Below are positions 25,805-40,422 of a stretch of DNA of 64,000 bases, one piece after another; the stretch's first letter is position 1; the number at the start of each line of letters is the position of its first letter. Source of the stretch: Eledone cirrhosa (taxonomy: Eukaryota). The translations under genes and the position numbers were made by a program. The notes beneath the pieces are model-generated. The model was not told where the DNA came from. It was given only the letters and a program-made list of their open reading frames with translations, and did no database searches. The DNA is taken from assembly GCA_964016885.1 (NCBI GenBank), contig OZ024752.1:21204001-21268000 (forward strand). The letters are read 5' to 3'.

Positions 25805-26940
25805 GATATAGATAAATATGGCATAGATGTAGATATGAGTGTGTAATCAAGGTGTGCTATAGATAAATATGGCATAGGTGTAGATATGACTGTGTAATCA
25901 AGGTGTGCTATAGATAGATATGGCATAGGTGTAGATATGACTGTGTAATCAAGGTGTGCTATAGATAGATATGGCATAGGTGTAGGCATGACTGTGTAAT
26001 CAAGGTGTGCTATAGATAAATATGACTGTGTAATCAAGGTGTGCTATAGATAAATATGGCATAGGTGTAGATATGACTGTATAATCAAGGTGTGCTATAG
26101 ATAGATATGGCATAGGTGTAGATATGATTGTGTAATCAAGGTGTGCTATAGATAAATATGGCATAGGTGTAGATATGACTGTATAATCAAGGTGTGCTAT
26201 AGATAAATATGGCATAGATGTAGATATGAGTGTGTAATCAAGGTGTGCTATAGATAGATATGGCATAGATGTAGATATGAGTGTGTAATCAAGGTGTGCT
26301 ATAGATAAATATGGCATAGGTGTAGATATGATTGTGTAATCAAGGTGTGCTATAGATAAATATGGCATAGGTGTAGATATGACTGTATAATCAAGGTGTG
26401 CTATAGATAAATATGGCATAGATGTAGATATGAGTGTGTAATCAAGGTGTGCTATAGATAAATATGGCATAGGTGTAGATATGATTGTGTAATCAAGGTG
26501 TGCTATAGATAAATATGGCATAGGTGTAGATATGACTGTATAATCAAGGTGTGCTATAGATAAATATGGCATAGATGTAGATATGAGTGTGTAATCAAGG
26601 TGTGCTATAGATAAATATGGCATAGGTGTAGATATGATTGTGTAATCAAGGTGTGCTATAGATAAATATGGCATAGGTGTAGATATGACTGTATAATCAA
26701 GGTGTGCTATAGATAGATATGGCATAGGTGTAGGCATGACTGTGTAATCAAGGTGTGATATAGATAGATATGACTGTGTAATCAAGGTGTGCTATAGATA
26801 AATATGGCATAGGTGTAGGTATGAGTGTGTAATCAAGGTGTGCTATAGATAGATATGGCATAGGTGTAGATATGACTGTGTAATCAAGGTGTGCTATAGA
26901 TAGATATGGCATAGGTGTAGGTATGACTGTGTGTAATTAA
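25805..26940. repeat. Intronic 51-bp minisatellite (~22 units) with 3-unit higher-order pattern
   Basis: Unit agataaatatggcataggtgtagatatgactgtgtaatcaaggtgtgctat. Confidence 0.95.
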
Positions 26941-28386
26941 GGAATTTGTTTCACAACCATGTAGTTCTGGGTTTGGTCACATTGTGTGGTACTTTGGGCA
27001 AGTGTCTTTTACTACCGCCTAGGATGGAGGAATGTCTTGTGAGTGGAATCTGCTAGACAGAAACTGTGTGGAAGCCCACCATATATATGTGTATGATTTT
27101 GTCTTCCATAACTTACTAGTTGTACAAAAAGGAGATTGATTAAAATAAGTACCAGACTTGGAAAAATATGACGGGATTGTCATGATTGATTAAATGAAGG
27201 TGATGCCCGAGCATGACCACAGTCTGATGATTGAAATAAGTAAAAGAATTAAAGAATATTGCATAGATACTGAGTTGTTATAGATGAATATTCAGTGAGT
27301 AGATGTTGACTGGATAGACAATGTGTAGTACCCATGATATATTTGCAGGCCTTTCACGACAGGTGCACATCTCCAAGATATCAATTTATTTTCAGACCAG
27401 AGGCCTTGTTTAACCCTTTTTACAGCAAACTGCCTGAAACCACCATTGGTTCATCATCATCATCGTCTAACATCCACCTTTCCTGCTAGCAAAGGTTGGA
27501 CAGGTCTGAAGTCAGTACGGAAGTTGGGCTATTGACCTGCATCTTACTTATGTACAGTCATAAGCAGAGAAGTTGTTGTATCTTTTGACACAAATTGCAG
27601 GGTCCTTCCAAGCCCTCGTTTGGCAAGCTTTCTATGGTTGGATATGGTTGGTTACCCTTCTTAACACCAACTACTTTACAGCATGTACTGGGTGCTTTTG
27701 TCATGTAGATCATCAACACTGGAGAGATTGTCATGTCTTTGACACAATTGAAAGGTCCTCCCAACCCTATGTTTAGCAAGCTTTCTACGGTGGATGCCCT
27801 TCATATCATCAACCACTTTACAGTGTGGGTGTGTTTAAAATGTTTATATTTATCTAAAAACCTGCCATCATAATTTAACATAAAAACTTTTTTAAGTTAT
27901 GTTCCAAATACCAGCTTAATGAGAAAGTTAGGTATATCACTAAATCACATTAAATTCTTAGTTATTTAAAAAATTATTTTAAAATCATTGGCTGTGTCTT
28001 TCATTAGAAACATGATACTGAAAGGGATATACACAATATTGAGTGGAGCCTCTGTGACCCCATGGATTACAGTAAAAGTATTAATCACTTTGCTTACCTT
28101 CAGATTAATAAGAATTGTTTTCTTACTTGGTCTATCTAGACTAAGTGGTATATGGTCTATCTAGACTAGGTGGTATATGGTGTTCTTGAATGAAACATGT
28201 CATTTCACATTGCTCCAGTACACTCAGTTTGAAATGAGTTAACTCTGCAATGGACTAGCATCCCATCCAGGGAGTAGTTTTGTACTCTCAGTTACTTAAC
28301 ACCAATGAAACTGGAATAAGTTCTAGTCTAATGAGTCTCTGGTTAAGGATGGACTTTAACTTTTTTTTTAAAACTTTTCTTTTCAG

Positions 28387-28644
28387 GGACCAATTTCGAA
28401 AATCAAAGAAATTGAAAACAAGCAGGAACTTCTGCAGACGATGTTAAACAGTGCCATGAAACAGATAGAAGAAAACAAGAACAACCAGTTACTTTTCAGT
28501 GCATCACAGTCACCAAACCTCCAGAGAGATGTTATCGATAAACTGAGCATGCGTATCAATGAATTAGAGTCAACCATTGGGAAGCTGAAGTTAAATCAGA
28601 AAAATATGAGATTGGGTCTTCATTTGGTTGGTGACAAATTATGA
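28387..28644 (+). CDS. Probable last coding exon of the coiled-coil protein (GPISKIKEIE...GDKL*)
   Basis: cttttcttttcAG acceptor, phase 0, open to TGA at 28642-28644. An internal donor cannot be excluded. Confidence 0.75.
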   Translation, partial: GPISKIKEIENKQELLQTMLNSAMKQIEENKNNQLLFSASQSPNLQRDVIDKLSMRINELESTIGKLKLNQKNMRLGLHLVGDKL

Positions 28645-29346
28645 ATTATTGAATGATGTATAATTTTGTTTTGCCATTCTTCATATGAACTGGTCTTATC
28701 TTTGTCTATCTTTGTTTCCTCTCTGTCCATCAGTCTCTCTCTCTCGATATATAAAATGAAATTATATCTTTGTAAATATACATATTTCCATGTATGTATG
28801 TATATATATATATATCATCCTCATCATCATTTTATGTCCGCTTTACCCTGCTTGCAAGGGTGGGATGGGTCTTATTCAGCACAGCATCTCTCCACTTGTC
28901 ACGATCCTTTGTCATCTCCTCCGTGAGCTTCAGCGATCTGAGGTTTGCTCTCACCACCTCCGCCCATGTTTTTCTCTGATGTATATATATATATATATAT
29001 ATATCAGACTGTTAGGAAGGGCATCCAGCCGTAGAAAACCTGCCAGACAGTCCTATGCGAGCAAGACAACCACTCTTGCCTCAAGTGGGAAAACTCCCGT
29101 CCAAACCCATGCAAGCGTGGAATATGGACGTTAAACGATGATGATGATGATGATGTTGTAGTTTGCTTGAAATATTGTTGAATAGCAAATATAAATTTAA
29201 ATAATTTTAAAAGCCATACAATGCATTAGAAATTTAAAGGTGCCAAGATAACAATAGAATCTTACCTTAGCAAATTTAATTATCCCAAATATTGGGGATA
29301 ATTTTCTAATGCATTGTATGGTTTTTAAAATTATTTAAATTTGTAT

Positions 29347-29388
<42 letters not shown>

Positions 29389-29437
29389 TAATAAAAGATT
29401 GGAGGCCATATTCAGTTGATTCAGGTTTATTTAAAAC

Positions 29438-29497
29438 TCCATTATACATATTTCACTGAGGACTATCAATTGTGATAGCCTGAGCTCTTAAGATGGG
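29438..29497 (-). ncRNA. Degenerate hammerhead (core CTTAAGA)
   Basis: Minus strand: ccat CTTAAGA ...ctatca-caat-tgatag... GAAA tatgta TA atgg. Confidence 0.55.
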
Positions 29498-30255
29498 AAA
29501 ACCTAAAATAAATATACAAAGTTCCTAAGAAACCTTTAAATTTGGAAGAATCTAATAATTTCCCCGAAAAAATATTTTCTTTTCATGATACAGGGGGCCG
29601 GCCGAACGTGTGGTGTTGTTTCTTCGGCAGTTGGCCCCTGTGTGACCTCAAGAGGTTTGGCGGAAGTGTTGGTCAGTATAGGAAGTAATGAAAACGATTG
29701 GTAGGCCTTCTCCCTCTCCACTCTATCATTAGCTGTTGTAGTAGTAGTGACAGGCTCCTATAATAGTTGTGACATCCCCTCCCAACCCCATATTTTCCAC
29801 AGGTCTGCAACAACTGTGAATATTATAACCAATACCAAAATTAACTATATAAGAAATAGATTAATATACAATAAATAAGCTAATTAATTAATTAATTAAG
29901 AACAAGAGGAAAGGTTATATTAAAGGGGATATATATGTGGGAAAGAGATGATTATAATGGAAGTAACACAAAGGAGACTGAGATTTGCTGGACATGCTCA
30001 CCAACATTCGGAATTGATACTGCATTCAGTGCTCCTGTGGGAGTCCCTACACGGACACACTAGAAGAGGGAGACCGAGGTTGACATGTATTTATGCCCTA
30101 AGGATAGACACTGGTCTCTGGGAGATACAGGACATGGCGGCGGTGATGAAGGACAGAGACTGCTGGAGAGAACTCGTCCATGGGTCTCAGGAATTTTACC
30201 CACCCTAGACAGATAGATACATATATATATATACACACACACATACACACATGTA

Positions 30256-30286
<31 letters not shown>

Positions 30287-30792
30287 TTATATATATGTGT
30301 ACATATATATATATGTGTGTGTGTATATATATGTATGTGAATATATATATGTATATACACACACACATATATATATATATATATGGTATAGGTGATTGAG
30401 TGAATTACTGGTGGTGCTACTAATATAAGCACTTGGTGTACAGGCAGAGTGTATATAATAAGAAAAAATGATGAAGTTTCATTTCCATGTTTTTATTGAT
30501 TATTGAACTGTTCTGTATGTTTCACAGATAATTGGCTCAAGGTCACCATTGATCTGTTCATCAAGACTTATTGTTTCAACAAATACTGTTTTTCTTGAAT
30601 CAGCAAGTCTGTCAAGCAGATCAATGCCACACTTGAGTCCAAGGTTTCTATATGTGACCTTGAGCCAATCATCTGTGAAATATACATAACAGGTCAATAA
30701 TCAATAAAACCATGTAAACAAAACTTTGTTTTTTTCTTATTATATATACATATATATAAATCAGAAGGGATTCAGTTTGAAATGGGTTAGAT

Positions 30793-30943
30793 CAGTCATA
30801 TCAAACTGAGGCTCCTCCGAGGGTCACATGAGTCACATATGTGTTGTTTGAGGGCCACACATTAACTAATAATTTTTATTTTATATTACGCTCGCGCTGT
30901 AAAAGGTCACATGAACGTGCGGGCTGAATGTTTGACATGCCTG
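30793..30943. mobile_element. hAT (Charlie-like) MITE
   Basis: TIRs cagtcatatcaaac / gtttgacatgcctg. Imperfect 8-bp TSD ggttagat / agttagac. Confidence 0.65.
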
Positions 30944-31869
30944 AGTTAGACCATTACTCAAAAGAGTACTCGATACTGGAGATAGTAGAGTATGGTTATA
31001 TTATAAAGAGTCGGATCTCGATTCTTTATAATATATATATAAATATATGCATATCTATATATATATATGTATATACACCTACACACATACACACACACCA
31101 CCTTCCGCCCTTCCCGCTCAAACCCCCTATCTCCCTCTCCTCTCTCTCCCCCTCCACCCCCACACGCCTCACACCCTTTCACCACTTGTTTCATTTTAAT
31201 ATATATATAATTGTATATATATATGTACTGATGAGGACAAACTTTTTCATATGTAACCCATTTGCAGCGCCACAGCTCCATTATTATCATATTTACACAT
31301 ATATTTTTTCCTCCGCTGCCACCAGTCTGTTTCGTTCTTTGTGTCTTTACCCTTTCTAGCAGTCTCTCTCTCTCTGTTAGCCTCTTCCTCACCTTTCACT
31401 CACTCACTCTATGTCACTACCTCTCCTCCTCCCCTTTCTTCCCGTTTGACCTGTCCGTAATCCTTTTCTCGCGGGCACTTGACCAAGCCGGTATGAATTT
31501 CTTTTCTCTCTCTCTCGTCTGCGACTTCACAGAACTTACGTTTACCGAATTCGCAGACCAGACCCCTTCTTCCTCCCGTTAGACCTGTGCGAAATTCCTT
31601 CCTTGCTCACATTTCAAGCAGGTTTGATGGTCTTTATTCTCTCGTTCACGATTCCACCGAATTTATATTCATAGAAATCTGGGACTTGTTTCTTTCTTCT
31701 TCATCACTTTCTGTTGCTTAAACCATTTTGTTTGTTTACCCTAGCGTCCCCTTTATTTACGTGTCCCAACGACTTTTTTTAGCCGTTGCTCGCACCAACC
31801 TGAGGTATATGGCCTTTAATGCGACAAAATGCCTACGACGGTTGGAAGGCCACTGATGAGGACAAACTT

Positions 31870-32934
<1,065 letters not shown>

Positions 32935-33189
32935 TGTGAGTTCAATTCTCAGACCAGGTGATGTGTTGTTTCCTTGAGCAAGACACTTTATTTCACATTG
33001 CTCCAGTTTACTCAGCTGTAGAAATGAGATGATAGGGACTGGGGTCCATATCATTCCACTGTAAAGTGGTCGTGAAGGTGCCACGGCAAAAAAAGCACCC
33101 AGCACTCACTGTAAATGAGGTTGGTGTTAGGAAGGGCATCCAGCTGTAGAAATCAAGCCAGAATCAGTTCCGGTCCCACCCTTGCAAGA

Positions 33190-33677
33190 TGGCTGAACGT
33201 CTGAAAGTATATACTTTCCTTATGCATATTAATGGCTGAGCAGCCTAATTTGCATATCGAGTGAGTTAATCGGCCGGGGTACCGAAAACGATAAACGGAA
33301 AAATTGAAACGAAATTTCATTTCTCACTCTTAGTACGGCTGTTACTTAAATATAAGTATGTATACATACATATATGTATACAGACGTACAGTAGTATATA
33401 TATATATACATGCACACATATATACATGTACGTATGGATTCACCGAACATTTATTATAATGCTCGGTGTGTTTGTAAACAAACATCCCGAATGGTATATG
33501 TTGTGACGATAGCTAATAAGCTTGAAACTAGTACAGCGTTCCTTTGTCAGTGTTGAACAAATGAGCAACGATGGTTGCTAGACACTGTACGGCTTAATTC
33601 GGGATGTTTGTTTACAAACACACCGAGCATTATAATAAATGTGAGAGTGAGAAATGAAATTTCGTTTCATTTTTTCC

Positions 33678-33682
<5 letters not shown>
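33190..33682 (+). mobile_element. Retrozyme-like family A, second fold-back copy (hammerhead 33500-33538 lacks core C3)
   Basis: High identity to 3290-3852 with different inversion breakpoints. Confidence 0.75.
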
Positions 33683-33759
<77 letters not shown>

Positions 33760-33816
33760 GTATATATATATATATGTATATGTATATATATATGTATATA
33801 TATATATATGTATATA

Positions 33817-33969
<153 letters not shown>

Positions 33970-33980
33970 GTATATATATA

Positions 33981-34714
33981 CGCTAACATCTCTGCTGATA
34001 CATGGGAGAATATTGCTGCTGATCGTAATAAATGGAGAAAGACTGTATATGAGGGAAAAGTTGCCTTTGAGGCATCTCGAATCGCATACGAGAAAGTAAA
34101 GCGGGATGTGAGGAAGGGCATTGCTGTTGCACTTCCAGACGGCGAGGGTCCTCCTATGGTGCTGACATGCAGCGTCTGTGCGAGACTCTGCCTAAGCAAA
34201 GCTGGACTCGAAAGTCATCTTCGCAGTCTTAAAGTAAGACCAGTGGTTGACTACCAGGCTGCTGTTGGAGATGCTACTCATCATGCTTGCCAAACATGTG
34301 GTAGAGAATGTAAATCAGCAGGAGGGCTCAAGCGACATGCAAAAGTACACGAACTCCAACCACAACCGACTATTCCCAGTAAATGTTTTGGTTGCCGACT
34401 CTGTGCAAGACATTTTAGATCATTGGCTGGGCTAAAAAGCCACATTCGACCGCAGCGCTGTTAGTTGCTATCGTGTGTGTGTGTGTGTGTGTGTGTAGAT
34501 ATGCTTATGTGTGTGCGTGTGTGTGCATATATATATGTATATGTATATTATTATTGTTGTTGTCGTTATTATTATTGTTGTTATTATTATTATTATTATT
34601 ATTGTTATTAATGTATGTGTGTGTGTATATGTGTGTGTGAGTGTGTGTGTGTGTGTATATGTGTATGTATATGTATATATATATATATATTTTTTTTTAA
34701 ATTTTATTTTTATC

Positions 34715-34746
<32 letters not shown>

Positions 34747-34802
34747 TTTTTTTTCTTTCTCCTCGTGCAATGGCCATACTCGATAACGAGGGGGCAGCCA
34801 TC

Positions 34803-34803
<1 letters not shown>
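33981..34803 (+). mobile_element. RTE LINE 3' end encoding three tandem C2H2-type zinc fingers
   Basis: [13 protein letters not shown] (RTE C-terminus), then CSVC..GLESH, CQTC..GLKRH...H, CRLC..GLKSH. Terminal hairpin then (TA)n. Confidence 0.8.
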
Positions 34804-34834
<31 letters not shown>

Positions 34835-34863
34835 TACATCAAAAGATGGTTAAGAGTTCCAAT

Positions 34864-34934
34864 TATTTGATTATGCGCATTTCAAAAACAAATATCATCA
34901 TGAAATGATATCTGCATTTTCATCAGATAAAATA
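34864..34934 (-). ncRNA. Type I hammerhead ribozyme in a Penelope pLTR-like fragment (~34830-35580)
   Basis: Minus strand: tattttat CTGATGA aaatgcagatatcat...atgatatttgttttt GAAA tgcgca TA atcaaata. Confidence 0.75.
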
Positions 34935-35609
34935 GGGATGCATGATATGAAGGTTAAAAAACACTTGTGGATAGTGAAGTTTTAAATCAACATATGAAAA
35001 ATAATTTAAGATTGATGTGTGATATTGGGAAAAAGTGATGGGGGGTTGGAAAGGATAAGGAAGAGGAGGAGATGAGAGTAAAGAATGGTGGAGGAGGAGT
35101 ATAAGAAGGAAGGATGAGAGAGGAGGAGAGATGGGTGATAGAGAGAGAGAGATAGCCTTTACAACTGAGAAAAATATATATTGTCTCACAGAGAGAAGTT
35201 AAAAAGCCGTTGGAAGATAATAGATAATTTAAAAGAATTTGAAATTAAAAGTTGATGAAGAGAAAAAGGGGTTAAGAATAATATTAAATTAAGGTTTGTA
35301 TATTGAAGGGCTTAATAATATGTGCGAGGAAAAGAAATTGTTAATATGTATTATTAAAATAAAAATATTAATGTTATTAAGGATATAATGTGAAAAGAAG
35401 TAGAAGAGTGGATGAGTTATGAATTTAGAGGAATTAGTTAGGGTTTAAGTTTGTTTTTATGTAATGTAATAAGTGTGCGTAATATATGTAAATAGTTTGT
35501 TTAAAAATGAGCGCAGAAAGCAAAGAAGAAAAGAATGTTTAAGGAAGAAAATATCTAACATCAAAATATATATGTTTATAGGAAGGGGATATATATGTGA
35601 TAGGAAGGG

Positions 35610-37110
35610 GAAATGGCTGGACCATTTTAGGACCTACTAGGAGAGCCGCCCTCCACAGCCCAGAATACACGGGAGATCAGGTGGCTGTTTGAGGAACTGG
35701 ATATTGAGACAGGACCCTTCACTAGAGAGGAGCTTCAGAGAGCCAAGAAGAAGATCAAGGAGGGCAAGGCTCATGGAGAAGATGGAGTGGCATCAGAGGT
35801 GATGAAGAGGTGTGATTTTGATGATATAATCCTGGAGTTCTGTAACCAGGTACTGGAGAAAGAGTTGCCCTGAATCAGTGGAGGATCAGTAACATTGTCC
35901 CAGTGCCAAAGAATGGCGATCTCTCTAACACCAACAACTACAGAGGGATCTCACTGACGTCACTTGTGGCAAAGACCCTCAACACGATGATTCTTAACAG
36001 GATCCAGCCTGAGATGGAGAAAAAGCTGAGGGAAAACCAGAACGGCTCCAGAGAGGGAAAATCAACCACTAGTCACATCCTGATGCTGAGGAGGTTATTA
36101 GAGGAAGCTAGAGCAAAGTGCCTTCCTGCGGTCATGGTTTTCATTGACTTTAGGAAGGCCTTTGATTCTGTGGACCGTCACTGGCTTATGAAGATCTTAC
36201 AGGCTTATGGAATCCCCAAGAAGCTAGTGGACCTCATATCACTGCTTTACACCAACACCAAAGCCCAAGTCATTATACCTGATGGGATGACGGAGTTCTT
36301 TGAGATACCGGCTGGAGTACTCCGGGGAGATACATTGGCTCCCTACCTTTTTATCATCGTAGTTGACTATTGTATGCGCCTTGCGCTGGAGAAACACCAG
36401 GACTCTGGCTTTACTGTAGCACTGGCTCAGAGCAGGAGAATTAAGGCAAAAAAGATATTGGATGCTGAATTTGCCGACGACATAGTTTTGGTGACAAACA
36501 CAGTGAAGGAGGCAGAGGATTTGATGCAGGAGGTGTAGATTGTGTCGATGGGTGTGGGGCTGAGAATGAATGAGATTAAGAAGCAATATCTGGTCGAGAA
36601 TATTAAGAAACCAGAGAAGATTACTAATGTAGGCGGGAAGCTGCTAGAATTGGTTAAGGCCTTCCTGTATTTGGGAGCAAAGATTGGGAATACAGAAGAT
36701 GATGTGGTCGAGAGGAAGAGCAAAGCTTGGGTCGCGTGCCACAGCTTGAGATCGGTGTGGAAGTCGGACGTTCGTAAAGACCTGAAGATCCCCCCTCTTC
36801 ATTGCTGTAGTGGAGTCTGTGCTGCTGTACGGGTCTGAGACTAGGACACTGACTAAGAAACTCACTCAGATGGTGGATGGGTGCTACACGAGAATGCTGA
36901 GGATGGCTCTGAACGTTAGTCAGTATACACTGAGGATGAAAAACTCAGAGCTGTATGGGAGCCTCCAAAAAGTCAGCTAAAAAGTGACACAGAGGAGACT
37001 GAGGTTAGCTGGACATCCTCACCGACATCCAGAGTTGACATTGCACCCAGTGCTCCTGTGGGAGCCCGTACATGGACACACTGGAAGAGGAAGACCGAAG
37101 TTAACATATG
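35610..37110 (+). mobile_element. RTE-like LINE RT region, disrupted and truncated at both ends
   Basis: NYRGISL, QNG, FIDFRKAFDS, GVLRGDTLAP, FADD, FLYLG, RRLRLAGH. Confidence 0.9.
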
Positions 37111-37133
37111 TTGATGCACTAAGGACAGGCATA

Positions 37134-37174
<41 letters not shown>

Positions 37175-38490
37175 CATCATCATCACCGTTTTACGTCCGT
37201 TTTTCCATGCTAGCATGGTTTAGATGGGTTGTCCTGTTGTGGGCAGGGTCTGGTTGTCTGACCATGCCTTCCTCATACAGGAACTGATTTTGGCTTGATT
37301 TCTACAGCTGGATGCCTTTCCTAACACCAACCTCATTTACAGTGAGTGCTGGGTGCTTTTTTCCGTGGCGCCTACACGTCCACTTTACAGTGTGGGCTGG
37401 GTGCTTTTTTGCCGTGGCAGCTCCATGACCACTTTGCAGTGGGAGGGTGTGGGGGCATATTGTCTATATGCTTCAGCTTGTACCCATAGGAGGTCGGGTA
37501 CTCTGTATTACTGAGTGACGCCAGAGGTCACGGTCGTGTGTCATCGCCTTTGAGAGGTGTAATTGGGTAAGGTCGGCTTATCACCTCATCCCAGGTCTTC
37601 TTGGGTCACCCCACTCCGCCGTTTCCAATGACTTCTAGTGCTCTGCACCTTTTTATGCAGCTGTCATCCTTCATACGCATCACATGTTCATACCAACGCA
37701 ACTGCCTCTCCTGCACAGAGCATTTGATTCCTCTTATGCTCAGTCTCTCTCTTAATTCATTTATGCTTTGTCGTTCGCGTATATTACTATTACACATCCA
37801 TCGGAGCATGCAGGCTTCGTTTCTTTCTAATCTATGTAAGTCTTCCACCTTCAGCGCCCAGGTCTCACTACCATGTAACATTGCTGTTCGTATACATGCA
37901 TCATACAGTCTGCCTTTCATTTTGAGGGAAAAGCCTTTTGCTGCTAGCAGTGGCAGTAGTTCCCTGAACTCCTTCCATCCCGTTCTTACCCTAGTTATTG
38001 TACTTTCTGAACACCCACCTCCGCTGCTAATTCAGTCACCTAGGTAGCAGAAGCTGTCTACTGTTTCTACAGAGCCCTCCCAGAGATTGGTGGTATTGTT
38101 TCCTGTGGCTGTTTGCTGCTTGCTGTCCCAGTACAGCTGCTACATGTGAAGCCTACATTCTTAATTAAGCTTCCTGAGATCCCGCTACATCTCTTGTGTA
38201 CCCATTGTTTGCATTTGGGGCAGAGAATGGAGTTCCTACCTACACCTTTCCTACATACTGAGCAAGGCCATTTCCCTGAGGGGATCTGGGTTTTGTTTTC
38301 TCGTCTACTTACAAGGACCTTAGTCTTTGTCAGGTTGACTTTGAGACCCTTTCTTTCTAGTCCCTGCTTCCAAGTTTGGAATTTCTTGTCTAGTTCTACC
38401 ATAGATTCAGCTATAAGTGCGAGGTCATCTGCATACAGGAGTTCCCATGGGCATCCGGCCTTAAACTCCTCCGTTATTGCCTGCAGGACT
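37175..38490 (-). mobile_element. PHD-family RTE LINE 3' half
   Basis: WELLYADD, WPCSVC...CPKC..VHKRC...CSSC, LRWYEH, family 3' UTR. Confidence 0.9.
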
Positions 38491-39123
38491 TATACATATT
38501 ATATATATATATATATTATATATATTATATATCATCATCATTTCATCATTTCATTTTTTCCTGCTTGCAAGGGTGGGACGGGAACTGATTCTGGCTTGAT
38601 TTCTACAGCTGGATGACCTTCCTAACACCAACCTCATTTACAGTGAGTGATGGGTGCTTTTTTGCCGTGGCACCTCCACGACCACTTTGCAGGGGAATGA
38701 TATGGACCCCAGTCCCTATCATCTCATTTCTACAGCTGAGTAAACTGGAGCAATGTGAAATAAAGTGTCTTGTTCAAGGAAACAACACATCACCCGGTCT
38801 GAGAATTGAACTCACAACCTTTCGATTGCAAGGCCAATGCCCTAACCACTAAGCCATGTGCCTCCATCATATATATATATTATATATATATATATGTATT
38901 ATATATATATATATGGTGGATTGGCAGTATCGGTAGAGGGTCGGATGCCATGCTTTGACGCATAGAGTTACGGCCCTTGCTATTCTGAGTTCAAATCCCG
39001 CCGAGGTTAACTTTGCCTTTCATCCTTACGGGGTCGTTAAAATAAAGTACTAGTAATGTACTGGGTAATTGCTGGCCTTGTGCTAAAAGTAGAAACAATT
39101 ATATATATATATATTTATATATA

Positions 39124-40422
39124 CAGGGTGCGGACAATATTTGTTCGCAAGATTACTGTCTAGGAAAAAATAACAGTAGTTTTATTTTTTAAGATATATT
39201 TATCAAACTTGTATCAGTTTGTCTTCGTGACTTGTTCTTTCGATCTCACTCGATAAACCCGCCATTGGCTTTGATGACGGCCTCGGAACCGGCTACAGGC
39301 CTTCGTCTCTGTCCCCCGACTTAGGCCCTAAAAGCACTTGTGATCCTGGCCTTCAGATCGTCTTTCGTATCGCAACTAGAACTGTTGGTGTCTCGTTCCA
39401 CTGCGCCCCACACAAAGAAGTCGAGGGGGTTGCAGTCAGGCGAGCTGGGAAGCCAGATGTCAGGTGAAGTGTGGTCGGCGAAGTTCTCTGACAGCCCGGC
39501 TTGGGTCTTTCGGCTGGTATGGCAGGGCGCTGAGTCTTGCTGCCACACGTACAGCCTATCTGCAGCTACCTGGTCGATCCAGGGCTTTACTACCTCGCTC
39601 AGAACGCGGATGTAGCCATCGGTGTTCAGCTTGAGACCCTCAGGGAAGAAGTGAGGTCGCACGACGTAACCTTGACTGCTGGCGACACCTAAGACCAATG
39701 TTGTCGCTGGAAACTTTGTCTGCATGACTCTGGGCACGTCTATGGATAAGACAGTGAGCCACCTGTTGTTCTGGGAGTTGGAGTTGATCTTCTGGTCTTG
39801 GCAGAAGTTTTTCTCGTCGGAGAAAAACCACAGCATGTCTGGCTCCAGTGGGTGTTTCAACTTGTTGATCAGCTTCTTTGCGTGATTCAATCGCTTTTCT
39901 TGCATCGCCTTTGACAAAAATTGTCCTTTCCTCATCTTGTATGAAACGTAGCGAATGTCTTCTTGTACCATCAGCCTAATGAGCTTTTCATCCACGCCTT
40001 TCTCCCTTGCAATGGCACGCATCAACTTGCTAGGTTCATTGTTGATGATATCCTGAACTTCAGCGACGAACTCGAGCGTTCTGAAGGCATCAGATCGTCG
40101 ATCATGTGTTTTCCTCTCTGATGTTGCTTCATAGTCGAATCCTGAATCTTCCAATTCCTTTCTGACCTTTTCCACCATTCTCCTGCTGACTCTGCGAAAG
40201 TCTGAAATTTCCTTATTTGTCCTCCCGGCGCGGATTCCAAGAAGAACTTCGTGTCTCTTCCACAAATTTGGAGGTTCAAAGTTATTCATAATCAATTATT
40301 CTGAAAATAAATAATGGAAATATAGTCACTGTTTTTATGAAGACAAGAATGACAACAGAAGTAAAAAAAATTTGCATAAAATTAGCAGTTGAAAATTGCG
40401 AACAAATATCGTCCACACCCTG
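39124..40422 (-). mobile_element. Tc1/mariner DD37D (maT) DNA transposon, full length
   Basis: 27-bp TIRs cagggtgcggacaatatttgttcgcaa with 2 mismatches, TA TSD. Confidence 0.95.
39247..40289 (-). pseudogene. DD37D transposase, open for ~322 aa then frameshifted in the last ~25 codons
   Basis: FFSDEK, WQQDSAPCH, SPDCNPLD with 37 residues between D2 and D3. KACSRF and VIKANGGFIE* are in shifted frames. Confidence 0.9.

Noticed and set aside
25702-26785. 17-aa repeat protein ORFs (PYLSIAHLDYTVISTPM)
   Set aside because: By-product of a 51-bp unit without minus-strand stops. It is intronic and antisense to the host gene, and the frame is broken by short units.
25805-26940. CRISPR-like array (also 62983-63946)
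   Set aside because: Head-to-tail repeats with no unique spacers, no cas genes, eukaryotic context.
34160-34464. Host C2H2 zinc-finger gene
   Set aside because: In frame with an RTE C-terminal motif, lacks TGEKP linkers, and is followed by a LINE-type 3' end.
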